Shown one piece after another: positions 45,776 to 54,773 of a DNA stretch of 64,000 bases. A program made the translations under genes and the position numbers. Below the pieces are notes generated by a model, which worked only from the letters and a program-made list of their open reading frames with translations, did no database searches and was not told the DNA's origin. The DNA comes from a virus: the IMG/VR virus record IMGVR_UViG_3300036790_000366, positions 12,384 through 76,383 of that record; one strand, 5' to 3'. Position 1 is the first letter of the stretch, and each line of letters opens with the position of its first letter.

Positions 45776-46018
45776 CTAGTCCTCCTCCTTCGATTTTGCG
45801 TACTTTTTCAGGTCCTTCCAGTTGGAAAAGCCTCCGAAGTCATCGCCACTGATGACGTCCACTCCTATGAAACGGAGTGCTACGGTCTCGTCGTCGTAGA
45901 CCATGGACATGGTCTGAAGCTCCTGAAAGATCTTCTGAGCCACGTCGCTGACGTCGATCCCGTCCGGGTGCGCTTCGGCAGTGATGAGGATGTAGACCTT
46001 CTCACGGTATTCAGCCAT
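45776..46018 (-). CDS. Hypothetical protein, first gene of the leftward early operon
   Basis: Strong GAAGGAGA RBS. Confidence 0.6.
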   Translation of the reverse strand: MAEYREKVYILITAEAHPDGIDVSDVAQKIFQELQTMSMVYDDETVALRFIGVDVISGDDFGGFSNWKDLKKYAKSKEED

Positions 46019-46029
46019 TTTCTCTCCTT

Positions 46030-46480
46030 CGGTTGGCCGTCCAGGGATCTGCTCGTGCTTCGCGGTCTACGACTGCAAGACGAGCAAGACCCTGAGCTTC
46101 CAATCTCCGCGGTGCTGGCTGTTCCGACCCGGACCGGCTGTCATGGCGAGGTGGCGTGTAGGAGGCTCTGGCAGCCGCTCTGACGAGCGTCCACCGTCTT
46201 CGCCTGCTTCCCCTTGGCGCTAGGCCTGCCGAGGTCTCACAGCGGCTCTCCGCGGTTTTCCGTCTCTGTGGAGTTCTCAAGATCCGTCCGCCAGTCCCGT
46301 CCTGCCCTGTGGTAGCGGCCGGTGTGGTGCGGTGGGTTGAAGCTATCAGCTCGTCAGACGGTGCGCAAGAGGCCAACTCAAGTCTGTAGTTGGCGGCCGT
46401 GTTTGCCACGCTTTGGATCATCTAGTAGAGTGCCCGGTTGGGCCGACGTCGATTCCTCTCCTGCCGCGTCTGACGGAATG
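46030..46480 (-). ncRNA. Candidate large structured RNA or leader
   Basis: Several long inverted repeats, no credible ORF; strand inferred from the operon direction. Confidence 0.4.
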
Positions 46481-46519
46481 TTGAAACATCCGGAGGTGGC
46501 TGGTTTGAGGTAGATGGCC

Positions 46520-46728
46520 CCCTACTCCAAAACTTTTCTGGAAACATTCGATGCGCTCGCAACTACGGCAGCGTCTTGCAGTTGAAACTGGGAAAAGTTC
46601 TTCATGGGGGTAGGGGGCCTTCTATCTTAAGCCTTCCACCGTTCCTCCGGAATGTGATAAATCAAAAGAGTCATAATAGTAGATGGATAGTGCTGTGGCT
46701 TCTACATGTAGTAGAAACTAGGAAAAAC
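46520..46728. promoter_or_regulatory. AT-rich divergent promoter region, possible origin
   Basis: Strand switch; AT-rich; TCATAAT near 46671. Confidence 0.45.
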
Positions 46729-47460
46729 ATGTCTAGAGGACGTAAACGCAAATTCAACACTCCTACTAGCTACTACACGGAGGAAGAACTTCTAGCTCTG
46801 AGAGAAACAATCAGATCTGTGAAGTGTCCCTACTGCCAAGCAGAACCTGGAGAAAAATGCTTGGGGGTCACGAGAAGGGACGGAACACGAAGAGACCGAG
46901 TCACCAACCACGCAGAACGAGGATACAGGTACCGGGCGTGGAGCAACGAACTCGGACTTGACCTGCGTAGGAAGACTGACCTAGTATTGCCGTCTTCCGA
47001 CGAAAGGAACGACATGCCCGTCAAGAAGACCCTGGCGAAGAAGAAGACCGGGATCGCGAAGAAGAAGACTTCTCCGGTCACCAAGCCCTCCTCCAGCTCC
47101 CCGAAGAAGACCGTCACCCGCAAGAAGACGATCGATTCGCCCAAGCCCCGCTTCACGCACCTGGACCGGGAACGCGACGGCAAGCTCCGCATCCAGGGAA
47201 TGAGCTACCTCCAGTTGGAAGAGCTCACCGGGATCCGGATCGAGACCGAGGGTTTCCAGATCGCCCTTGAGCTCCTGCGGGGCGGGATGGACCGCCAGGA
47301 GATCAACAACCGGTGCCGGGACCTGCTGCCCACGCACACCAGCAGCGGTACGCGCAAGCCCGTCCCGAACCTCGTGGCCGGGGTGCTCAAGAAGCTTCAG
47401 GCCAGCGGCTTCACCGTCAAGGGTGCCTGGAAGGTCGTCAAGCCGCCGAAGAGCATGTGA
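46729..47460 (+). CDS. Zn-finger plus Lys-rich plus winged-helix-like DNA-binding protein
   Basis: CPYC.AEPG.KC...H..R actinophage-type Zn finger; internal in-frame ATG at 47014 with RBS. Confidence 0.6.
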   Translation: MSRGRKRKFNTPTSYYTEEELLALRETIRSVKCPYCQAEPGEKCLGVTRRDGTRRDRVTNHAERGYRYRAWSNELGLDLRRKTDLVLPSSDERNDMPVKKTLAKKKTGIAKKKTSPVTKPSSSSPKKTVTRKKTIDSPKPRFTHLDRERDGKLRIQGMSYLQLEELTGIRIETEGFQIALELLRGGMDRQEINNRCRDLLPTHTSSGTRKPVPNLVAGVLKKLQASGFTVKGAWKVVKPPKSM

Positions 47461-47556
47461 GTCGTGTACGATCAACTCAGCATTTGATCCACCGAGAGGC
47501 AGCTTTGGTCCACAAGGCTGCCTTTCTCGGTCTTCCCAGCCGGTGGAGGCGCAGCT

Positions 47557-49032
47557 GTGACATCGCCTGAAATTCTCCTCATCTCCGCGATCATGAGGTC
47601 CCGAGACTGCACCACGGCAGTGATGGCAGGGGTCACCCCCGAGATGTTCTACGGGTACAGGGAGGAGTACGAGTGGTTGAGCAAGTACGTCGAGAACCGC
47701 GGGAGGACGCCGTCACGGGGAGCTTTCCGCGAAGCCTTCTCGGAGATCGTCCTGAAGAACGTGGACGACGTGGAGCTCTTCTCCGAGGAAGTGAAGGACA
47801 ACCACTCGCGCCAGCTCATGCTGAAGAGCATGAAGAGGGTCAGCACGGCGATCCAGCAAAAAGACATCAAGCGCGCCTCCGCTCTGCTGCACGAGGCCTC
47901 GATAGAGGTGGAGAGCTCTCTGCTCGGTTCTTCCTTCGACAGCGACATCTTCCAGGACTACGGGGACATCGAGAAGGAAGTCCTGGACCGCAAGCGCAGG
48001 ATGGAGGCGACCGGCTTCTCCGGCATCCCCACCGGCTTCCCCACCCTGGACGAGCTGACCGGCGGAATCCAGCCCGGCTGGTTTGTCATCGTCTGCGCCC
48101 GCGCCGGTGTGGGGAAAACCCGCTCGCTCACCCGAATGTCCTGCGCCGCCTCCTTCTCCGGCTTCATCTCCCAGTACGACGCCCTTGAGCAGTCCCGGGC
48201 CGAGATAGCCATGCAGGTGCACGCGTTCGTCTCCAGCGAGTTCGGGCAGGGCACCTTCAAATCCCTGGACCTGGCCAAGGGGACCGGGTACAGCGAGACG
48301 GAGTACAAGCGCTTCCTGCGCGAGACGAGCCGACAGGTCGCAGGAAAGATGCACGTGGCGGACAACAGGTACGTCACCATCGGACCGGCCGTCATCAAGG
48401 CGCAGATCAAGCGGAACAACCCGGACATCTTCTTCCTGGACTACCTGACCCTGATGGAGGGGGCCGACGACTGGCAGTCCTCCGCGAACCTCGTCACCTC
48501 TCTCTCCAGGTGCGCGAAGCGGACCGGCTGCGCCATCGTCACGGCGGCCCAGATCAACCGGAAGGGCGCGGAGTCCAAGGAGGTGGACACCGAGCATCTC
48601 TCGGTGACGGACCGCTTGGGACAGGACGCGGACCTCGTGGTGGTCGTGGAGAAGTTCGGCGGCTGCCAGTCCGTCGTGCGCATGAAAGTCATCAAGTTCC
48701 GGCACGGACCGAGCGGTTACGTCTTCTTCCTGAAGTTCGACCCGAACCAGGGGGTCATGGAGGAGATCACCTACCAGGAGGCCTGCGACATCCGGGACAA
48801 CGAAAAAGACGCCCAGGAGGAAGTCCGTGAGGTCAAGAAGTTCACCCCGCGCAAGAAGGGATCCTTCGCTGCGACCGCCAAAACCCGGAAGGCGGCCAAG
48901 AAGCCAGCAGAAGCCCCTGTGACGTCCTCCGAGCCCCGCCGGGTACCTCGGACACCGCAGGCGGCCCCCAAGCGGACACAGCACCGCTCAGCCCCGCCGG
49001 GACCGGTGCGCCGCTACCGGCGTGATGCTTGA
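47557..49032 (+). CDS. dnaB: DnaB-like replicative helicase
   Basis: 'GIPTGFPTLDELTGG.QPG', 'ARAGVGKT', 'FLDYLTLM', 'AQINR', 'QDAD', 'KFRHGP'. Confidence 0.92.
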   Translation: MTSPEILLISAIMRSRDCTTAVMAGVTPEMFYGYREEYEWLSKYVENRGRTPSRGAFREAFSEIVLKNVDDVELFSEEVKDNHSRQLMLKSMKRVSTAIQQKDIKRASALLHEASIEVESSLLGSSFDSDIFQDYGDIEKEVLDRKRRMEATGFSGIPTGFPTLDELTGGIQPGWFVIVCARAGVGKTRSLTRMSCAASFSGFISQYDALEQSRAEIAMQVHAFVSSEFGQGTFKSLDLAKGTGYSETEYKRFLRETSRQVAGKMHVADNRYVTIGPAVIKAQIKRNNPDIFFLDYLTLMEGADDWQSSANLVTSLSRCAKRTGCAIVTAAQINRKGAESKEVDTEHLSVTDRLGQDADLVVVVEKFGGCQSVVRMKVIKFRHGPSGYVFFLKFDPNQGVMEEITYQEACDIRDNEKDAQEEVREVKKFTPRKKGSFAATAKTRKAAKKPAEAPVTSSEPRRVPRTPQAAPKRTQHRSAPPGPVRRYRRDA

Positions 49033-49041
49033 CCTGAGCGT

Positions 49042-49071
49042 TTGCCGCTGATCTGCCGGACGGCGTACGGT
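49042..49071 (+). promoter_or_regulatory. HrdB-like promoter, possibly giving a leaderless primase mRNA
   Basis: TTGCCG-18 nt-TACGGT with an in-frame GTG at 49080 and no RBS. Confidence 0.4.
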
Positions 49072-49079
49072 TGACCACT

Positions 49080-50099
49080 GTGACTCAAGGATCCAGTTTG
49101 AATTCGTACAGCCGCATCATGTACGACCACCTCGACGTCCTCGGCGCGGACGGAGAAGAGCACCTGTGCGTCTGCCCGATCTGTGGCGGACGTTCTCTCT
49201 ACTTCAACGACCACAAAGGTCTGTGGAAGTGCTTCAAGTGCGCCGAGGGCGGATCCGCGAGAAAACTCGTGGAACTGCTGGACGGAACCTACTCCGAACC
49301 GGAGATGTCCCTGTCCGAGCTGAACGCTGATCTGGCGGCGCTGTCCGCGGACCCGTACGAACCTCCGCGGATAATCCCCGAGTCCATGCTTCTGCGGTAC
49401 AGCAACAGAACGGCAACACCTCATCAGCACTGGCTGGACCGCGGGTTCGACAAGGAGACCTGCACGAAGTGGGAACTGGGTTTCGACGCCTTGGGGGAGA
49501 ACGGCGGCCAGCTGACCCTCCCCTACCGCAGCCCGGCCACCGGACATCTGGACGGAATCATCTTCCGGGCCCTGAACCCGGGGGAAGGACCCCGGTACCG
49601 CTTTCCCAAGGGGTTCAAGCGCAGCCTCTCCCTGTACGGCTCGTGGATCCCCCAGCACGCCGCGGGCTGCGTCTCCTTGGTGGAGGGGCCCACGGACGCC
49701 ATCCGGGTCTCACAGACCGGCAGGAGCGCCTTCTCGCAGTACGGCAGCTCCGTCTCCACCGGGCAGACGAGGCTGCTGCACCGGCTCGGGATAACCTCCC
49801 TGGTCCTGTTCTACGACTACGACCGCGCCGGACTCCGGGCCACGGAGAAGGGCGAGCACCTGGCGGAGGAGTTCTTCGTCCGCAAGGTGCGGTGGAGCAG
49901 GGAGAAGTACTGCTGGCACGAAACCGTGTGCGGCTGCCCTTTCGGGGACACGCGCAAGGCGACCTGGATAACGCACACGACCGTGGGGAACTGCCCGGTG
50001 AAGCGCCCGTGCAAGTGCGGGCGCGTCCACGAACCGGACCCGGGCTCGCTGCCCCTGGAAGATATCGAAGACATGCACAGAAAGGCGGTAGAAGTATGA
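49080..50099 (+). CDS. DNA primase (Zn-binding plus TOPRIM)
   Basis: 'CPIC...WKCFKC', 'LVEGPTDA', 'FYDYDRAG', 'DPG'. Confidence 0.88.
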   Translation: MTQGSSLNSYSRIMYDHLDVLGADGEEHLCVCPICGGRSLYFNDHKGLWKCFKCAEGGSARKLVELLDGTYSEPEMSLSELNADLAALSADPYEPPRIIPESMLLRYSNRTATPHQHWLDRGFDKETCTKWELGFDALGENGGQLTLPYRSPATGHLDGIIFRALNPGEGPRYRFPKGFKRSLSLYGSWIPQHAAGCVSLVEGPTDAIRVSQTGRSAFSQYGSSVSTGQTRLLHRLGITSLVLFYDYDRAGLRATEKGEHLAEEFFVRKVRWSREKYCWHETVCGCPFGDTRKATWITHTTVGNCPVKRPCKCGRVHEPDPGSLPLEDIEDMHRKAVEV

Positions 50100-50539
50100 A
50101 CAACGATGTTCCCGAGCTCGGCCGTGCCAAGCCCGTGGAGGACGTGGGCCAAGCACCCGACATGTCCGCGGCGGGGGAGGCCGTCTTCCGGGACATGCTG
50201 GCCAACATGAAACTCTTCATGGCTCCGGGAGTCTCCTCCGCGGGGTGGGTCATCGCCGAGGCGGAGCAGGACGGCAGACCGGTCCCGAACGCCGTCCTGA
50301 TGATCGCTCAGAACAACACGGTCAGCGCCGTCTGGTACAGCCCGGAGGACATGGAGAACTTCGTGCAGAACACCATGGTGGCGTGGCAGGCCATGCAGGG
50401 CGAGATGGCCAAGAAGGTTCCGCTGATCGTGGCGAACCCCGACCAGATGAACGCGGCCCTGTCCAACAAGCGGGACATGGACGGGAAGTTCGGCGCGCAC
50501 CGTCAGCCGAACTGGCCCCCGGAAGGATGGAATAAGTAA
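50096..50539 (+). CDS. Hypothetical protein
   Basis: ATGA coupling, 147 aa. Confidence 0.6.
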   Translation: MNNDVPELGRAKPVEDVGQAPDMSAAGEAVFRDMLANMKLFMAPGVSSAGWVIAEAEQDGRPVPNAVLMIAQNNTVSAVWYSPEDMENFVQNTMVAWQAMQGEMAKKVPLIVANPDQMNAALSNKRDMDGKFGAHRQPNWPPEGWNK

Positions 50540-50814
50540 TGGCCGACGTAGTCAGCAGGCGTGGCGGATTCTCCGAAGCCCAGATGGACCAGATCGCCGA
50601 AGAAGCGAACCTGTATCAGGCCGTCCGCGGAGTTCTCCGGTTCTTCGTGGACGACGGGAACCTTCCGGACGACCTGGCCCAGATCCACAACCAGTACGCG
50701 CACCTGGCGGTCTTCGTCGCCGTGAAGTCCCCGCAGGACCCGGAGACCACCGTGGCCGTCAGGAAGCTGCTGGATTCCAAGGAAGCGGCGTTCCGGGCGG
50801 CGCGCTGTGCCTGA
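50539..50814 (+). CDS. Small helical-hairpin protein, possibly Acb2/Tad1-like
   Basis: 'LRFF...LP..L......LA.......PETTVAVRKLLDSKEAAFRA'. Confidence 0.55.
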   Translation: MADVVSRRGGFSEAQMDQIAEEANLYQAVRGVLRFFVDDGNLPDDLAQIHNQYAHLAVFVAVKSPQDPETTVAVRKLLDSKEAAFRAARCA

Positions 50815-51034
50815 CGGAACCCCTCACGCGAAGAAGGCGAATCCCCTGAAGTCGTGGTGGGAGAACAGGGGCAGCCGCTTCGCCTTCCAGCAGGACAGCA
50901 ACATGGGCGTCGTCCGCGGTGTCTTCAAGCGGATCGACGCCATGGACTACCGCAGGTACGTCGTCGTGGAGATCTCCACGAACAACTACATCTCCCTCAA
51001 CATCGATCACATCATCTCAGTGGAGGAATACTAG
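50807..51034 (+). CDS. Small beta-barrel (Sm-like?) protein
   Basis: 75 aa, 'VRGVFK..D...V...ISLNIDHIISVE'. Confidence 0.5.
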   Translation: MPDGTPHAKKANPLKSWWENRGSRFAFQQDSNMGVVRGVFKRIDAMDYRRYVVVEISTNNYISLNIDHIISVEEY

Positions 51035-51035
51035 A

Positions 51036-51473
51036 ATGGCCGGTCACAACGCGAGCTTCCACGTCTCCTCGGAAGAGATCGCAGATCTCATTCCCGCGAT
51101 CGAGAAGGTCGCCACACTTCCGCAGTTCCTGCACCGCTCCCTCGTCGGCGTCACTTTCAGCGAGGGCGGCTGGCACGTGGAGCTCGTCTCCGGGAGTGCC
51201 CGCAACCTGATGGAGCTGACCACCCGGATCTACATGGAGCTCCCGCCGCAGGAGGACGTGTGGGCGCCGTCGGTGACCGCGGAGGAGGATGTCCCCGAGA
51301 ACTCCGAGGAAGAAGCAGACGGGGAAGAAGAGGAGGAAGTCCTCCCCGGGACCTCCGACGGCCCGGTGGCGGAGGAAGTGGCGGAAGCCGCCCCGAACCC
51401 GCGGCCCAAGCCGCTGAAGAAGCCCTCCGGCAACAAGGTGGCCAGCAAGGCCGTCACGGTCGAGAGCGACTGA
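51036..51473 (+). CDS. Hypothetical protein with acidic C-terminus
   Basis: GGAGG RBS. Confidence 0.6.
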   Translation: MAGHNASFHVSSEEIADLIPAIEKVATLPQFLHRSLVGVTFSEGGWHVELVSGSARNLMELTTRIYMELPPQEDVWAPSVTAEEDVPENSEEEADGEEEEEVLPGTSDGPVAEEVAEAAPNPRPKPLKKPSGNKVASKAVTVESD

Positions 51474-51489
51474 CCAAGAAGAAGTAAGC

Positions 51490-51524
51490 AGGGCCGGGGC
51501 TTTCGAGTTCCGGCCCTTTTCTTT
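51490..51524 (+). terminator. Rho-independent terminator
   Basis: AGGGCCGGGGC-TTTCGA-GTTCCGGCCCT followed by TTTCTTT. Confidence 0.75.
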
Positions 51525-51536
51525 CCAGGAGGATAA

Positions 51537-51821
51537 ATGTCCGTCGTGCACAACCACCCGCACCCCATGGCCCAGCAGGTCATTCAGCCGCAGAACGCCG
51601 AGATCTACCGGAAGTTCGGCGCCGTCCGGGTCGAGGACTGGGCCGACAGGGTCCTCGGGGACACCCCCGGCAACCTGCGCCAGCGCTCAGAGCCCGTGGA
51701 CCGCTACGAGGCCACCAGCCGCCTGCCCGGATGCACCGGCATGCCGGACGACGACGAGATCGTGGCGTGCCACACGGTCCTCACCGGCGAGCGCGTCCTG
51801 CTGCACGACCTCTGGCTCTGA
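51537..51821 (+). CDS. Hypothetical protein
   Basis: AGGAGG RBS, 94 aa. Confidence 0.6.
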   Translation: MSVVHNHPHPMAQQVIQPQNAEIYRKFGAVRVEDWADRVLGDTPGNLRQRSEPVDRYEATSRLPGCTGMPDDDEIVACHTVLTGERVLLHDLWL

Positions 51822-51852
51822 CCTGCGCCTGTGACTCATGGGACAACCTGGC

Positions 51853-51880
51853 TTGACAGATGACCCGTGGTGAGTAGAGT
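51853..51880 (+). promoter_or_regulatory. Sigma70/HrdB-type promoter
   Basis: TTGACA-16 nt-TAGAGT, intergenic; spacer is short. Confidence 0.5.
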
Positions 51881-51919
51881 CGTCGTCAGCTGAACTATTG
51901 ATCTGGAGAGAGAGGGGAG

Positions 51920-52264
51920 GTGAGCAGCATGCGGTTGCCGAGACTCGGCTGCCTCGGGTGGATGGTCCTCGGGATTCCGATCCTGTCCGTCTACATCACG
52001 TACGCGGTCGTCAAGGGTCTCTTCGTCATCGTCGGCGGAATCTTCAAAGCCGCCTCGAACAGGCAGGCACGCGCGAAGTCCCGGAGAGCCACCAGGAAGG
52101 CTTACGAGCGCGACCTGGCCCTGAGGCAGAGAATCGCCTCCCAGCAGGCGCACATAACCACTCAGGGGATGCGCTGGTACGACGAGCGCGGCTACCCGAG
52201 GAACGCTTGGACCGGCGAGCCGATGGACGAGCCGCCGCCCCGTCATCCGTCCGGCTGGCGATAA
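51920..52264 (+). CDS. Membrane protein
   Basis: N-terminal hydrophobic helix; GGAGG RBS. Confidence 0.6.
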   Translation: MSSMRLPRLGCLGWMVLGIPILSVYITYAVVKGLFVIVGGIFKAASNRQARAKSRRATRKAYERDLALRQRIASQQAHITTQGMRWYDERGYPRNAWTGEPMDEPPPRHPSGWR

Positions 52265-52273
52265 CCTCTTCAC

Positions 52274-52660
52274 GTGTCGGATGATCAGAGAAGGTTCTGG
52301 ATCGTGCCCCTCTACGGCAGGCAGCCCTACTACTCCCCGGACGACGTGACGGAAGAACTTTTCATCACGCGGGAACTCCCGGTATTCCAGAGCTTCCACA
52401 ACCGCTTGGAGAACTTCTTCAGGAAGTGGCGGCTCTGGATCCTCGGAATCGCGATGCTGGCCCTGGCCGCCACCGCGGTCCTGACGGCCGTCGTGGGAGC
52501 GCACAAGTGCTGCTCCGTGAGCAACTTCCAGGAACCGGCAGTCCCCCAGTTCCCCGCAGTACCCCCGAAGGAAAGGACCACCACCCGTGATGCCGGGCCA
52601 GACCGTGTACTACCGACTCTCCAGGGAAGACGCCCTGGCGGTGAACCGACGACGCCATGA
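52274..52660 (+). CDS. Membrane protein
   Basis: TM 'LWILGIAMLALAATAVLTAVVG'. Confidence 0.5.
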   Translation: MSDDQRRFWIVPLYGRQPYYSPDDVTEELFITRELPVFQSFHNRLENFFRKWRLWILGIAMLALAATAVLTAVVGAHKCCSVSNFQEPAVPQFPAVPPKERTTTRDAGPDRVLPTLQGRRPGGEPTTP

Positions 52661-53033
52661 CGCCTATTCGTCCGACTTCATGAAGGACAGGTTCGGTGAG
52701 CACCCGGGAGCCGTCATGCATGTCGGCGACACCGTCCAGGAAGGCCAGGTCTTCCCCGCCGTCGTCGTCAAGCCCTACTCCCAGAAGGAATGGGTCGACA
52801 TGTTCCACCCGGGGAACAAGATAAGGACCCCGGACCCGGCCGCCCACCGGTACTTCTCCGGCCACGCGGACATCCGGGTCCTTCTGCCCGGGAACGACGA
52901 CTTGTGGGTACCCCGGGCCCAATGGGACGAGAACCCCACCCGCGCGGAGGAGGACGGCAAAGACCTCGGTTTTGTCACCGTCGTCCCCCTCTGCGGACAG
53001 TTCACCACCGTTTCACCCCCGCCCCTCATCTGA
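52587..53033 (+). CDS. Hypothetical protein
   Basis: 'PGQTVYYRLS..DA..VNRRR...GD.VQEGQVFPAVVV' recurrent phage pattern. Confidence 0.6.
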   Translation: MMPGQTVYYRLSREDALAVNRRRHDAYSSDFMKDRFGEHPGAVMHVGDTVQEGQVFPAVVVKPYSQKEWVDMFHPGNKIRTPDPAAHRYFSGHADIRVLLPGNDDLWVPRAQWDENPTRAEEDGKDLGFVTVVPLCGQFTTVSPPPLI

Positions 53034-53050
53034 GAAAGGTTTATCCCCTG

Positions 53051-53635
53051 ATGGGTCTCTTCGATTACCCCCACACCGCCGCCATAGCCGACATGCTGAA
53101 GGAATACATGGTCCAGTTCGACAAGGACGTCGCTGCCGACGCCGAACCGGTCGTGTACCTGCCCCACGGCGCCAACGCGAACTTCTGCGAGACGGTTCGG
53201 CGACGGTTCACGGCCATCCAGTTCCAGCACAACGCCGAGGACGCCGGGAACCTCATGCAGGTTCTCGCCTTCCTGGTCGAGAACAGCATCCCGTTCGGCA
53301 TGTGCGCGCACGGCAACCTTTACGTCGGCCTCGACAAGCAGCCCCATCAGGTGAACGACGGCGAGTGGATTCTCTGCTCCACCGACGACGTCACCGAGGA
53401 CGGGCCCGCGGACTACCGGGTCTACCCGACCGAAGCATTCCAGCTGGAGTTCAGCTGGGCCGGTACTGGCCCTTCCACCAGCAAGCCTTTCACCGTGGAC
53501 GTAGAGGAGATGAACCGCGTCTCCGAATCCGCGGTGGACAGCGGCATGGAGCGCGTCCGCGAGCACGCTCTGAAGAGCAGCCCGACCGGTTCTTTCGGAC
53601 ATCCTTACGAGGACGACTGCGAGGACGATGACTGA
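53051..53635 (+). CDS. Hypothetical protein of the 'AIQF...GDWI...FYP...F..TY' small phage family
   Basis: 'AIQF', 'DGEWIL', 'DYRVYPTEAFQLEF'. Confidence 0.55.
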   Translation: MGLFDYPHTAAIADMLKEYMVQFDKDVAADAEPVVYLPHGANANFCETVRRRFTAIQFQHNAEDAGNLMQVLAFLVENSIPFGMCAHGNLYVGLDKQPHQVNDGEWILCSTDDVTEDGPADYRVYPTEAFQLEFSWAGTGPSTSKPFTVDVEEMNRVSESAVDSGMERVREHALKSSPTGSFGHPYEDDCEDDD

Positions 53636-53999
53636 CCAGCAGGACGCGCCGGAATCCGCTCCCGTCTTCCCCACGGTGGAAGGCGGGGCGGTGCCCGCGG
53701 AGGACTTCTTCGACGGCACGATGTGGCACTTCCTTCTCGTGGTGGACATGACGCTGGTCCCCGAACCTTGGATCCGCGAGAGCGTCATGCGATACCTCAC
53801 CAGAACCTGCTACGAGTTCATCGGCGCCGGGAAGTACAGCGTCTGGAACAACATAGAATCGGTGGCCGTCCACGCCATCACCGTCCCGGGGAAGATGGAT
53901 TTGTTCCAGCAGCGGGTGAAGGAATCCGTCGAGCTGTGGACCAAGCCCCGCACGATCCGGATGAACCGCTTCACCATGACTTTGCAGAAGGACCGCTGA
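53628..53999 (+). CDS. Hypothetical protein
   Basis: 123 aa, coupled. Confidence 0.55.
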   Translation: MTDQQDAPESAPVFPTVEGGAVPAEDFFDGTMWHFLLVVDMTLVPEPWIRESVMRYLTRTCYEFIGAGKYSVWNNIESVAVHAITVPGKMDLFQQRVKESVELWTKPRTIRMNRFTMTLQKDR

Positions 54000-54020
54000 A
54001 ACGAGATCGGAGGTCGCAGA

Positions 54021-54773
54021 ATGAGCAAGAGGAACCAGAACCAGCCGATGTCCCCCGCGGTCGGCTTCGACCTGTCGGACATGCTGACCAAGCGCATCGA
54101 GGCGGCGGAGAAGGCTCAGCTCAGCCTCCAGGAGGCCACCAGGGAGGCCAACGCGGCCACCAAGGGTCTGGCTGAGGAGAGGAGGAAGCTGGACGACCTG
54201 CGGGCCTCCCTGGTGGACGAGGCGGGGGTCGTCGTCAAGGATCTGATCGAGGGCCGGGTCTCCGATGGCCTGAAGCAGTTCGGGGAGTTCCTGGAAAAGG
54301 CTCTGAAAGACTCCGAGGCAGCCGTCTTCCGCCGGTTCGACAAACTATCCGACATCCTCCTGGGCAAGGCCCGCACTGACAACCTGCCGTCCATCATGGA
54401 GCAGGTGGCAGTCATGGAGCACGCCTTCTACCTGAACTGGGAAAACTTCTACAACTACATCATCTCCGCCCTGGAAGTCTCCAAGGGCTGCACGGCGGAG
54501 GACTGCAACGGCGTGGCGAAGTACTCGGACATGCTGAAGCACGTGAGTCAGGTCGTCGGCGTGACGGCCGTGAAGGAGATAATCCCGGAGGGCGAGGACC
54601 CCGAGAAGTGGGACGTGCAGGGTCACATGCACCTGTGCCAGCACCACCACGACGCGGCAAAGGCCACCGGGGAGGTCATGACGTCCGTCCGGCTGGAAAC
54701 CCGCGTGTGCCCCTACCCGCACGGCGTTTCCAACCGCTCGACCGTGGTGCATACAGACAAGGAACTCTTATGA
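54021..54773 (+). CDS. Coiled-coil protein with C-terminal Cys/His cluster
   Basis: 250 aa, GGAGG RBS. Confidence 0.6.
   Translation: MSKRNQNQPMSPAVGFDLSDMLTKRIEAAEKAQLSLQEATREANAATKGLAEERRKLDDLRASLVDEAGVVVKDLIEGRVSDGLKQFGEFLEKALKDSEAAVFRRFDKLSDILLGKARTDNLPSIMEQVAVMEHAFYLNWENFYNYIISALEVSKGCTAEDCNGVAKYSDMLKHVSQVVGVTAVKEIIPEGEDPEKWDVQGHMHLCQHHHDAAKATGEVMTSVRLETRVCPYPHGVSNRSTVVHTDKELL

Noticed and set aside
46011-46421. 136-aa ORF across the structured region
   Set aside because: No RBS, atypical codon usage, Arg/Ala/Thr-rich; better explained as non-coding, though not excluded
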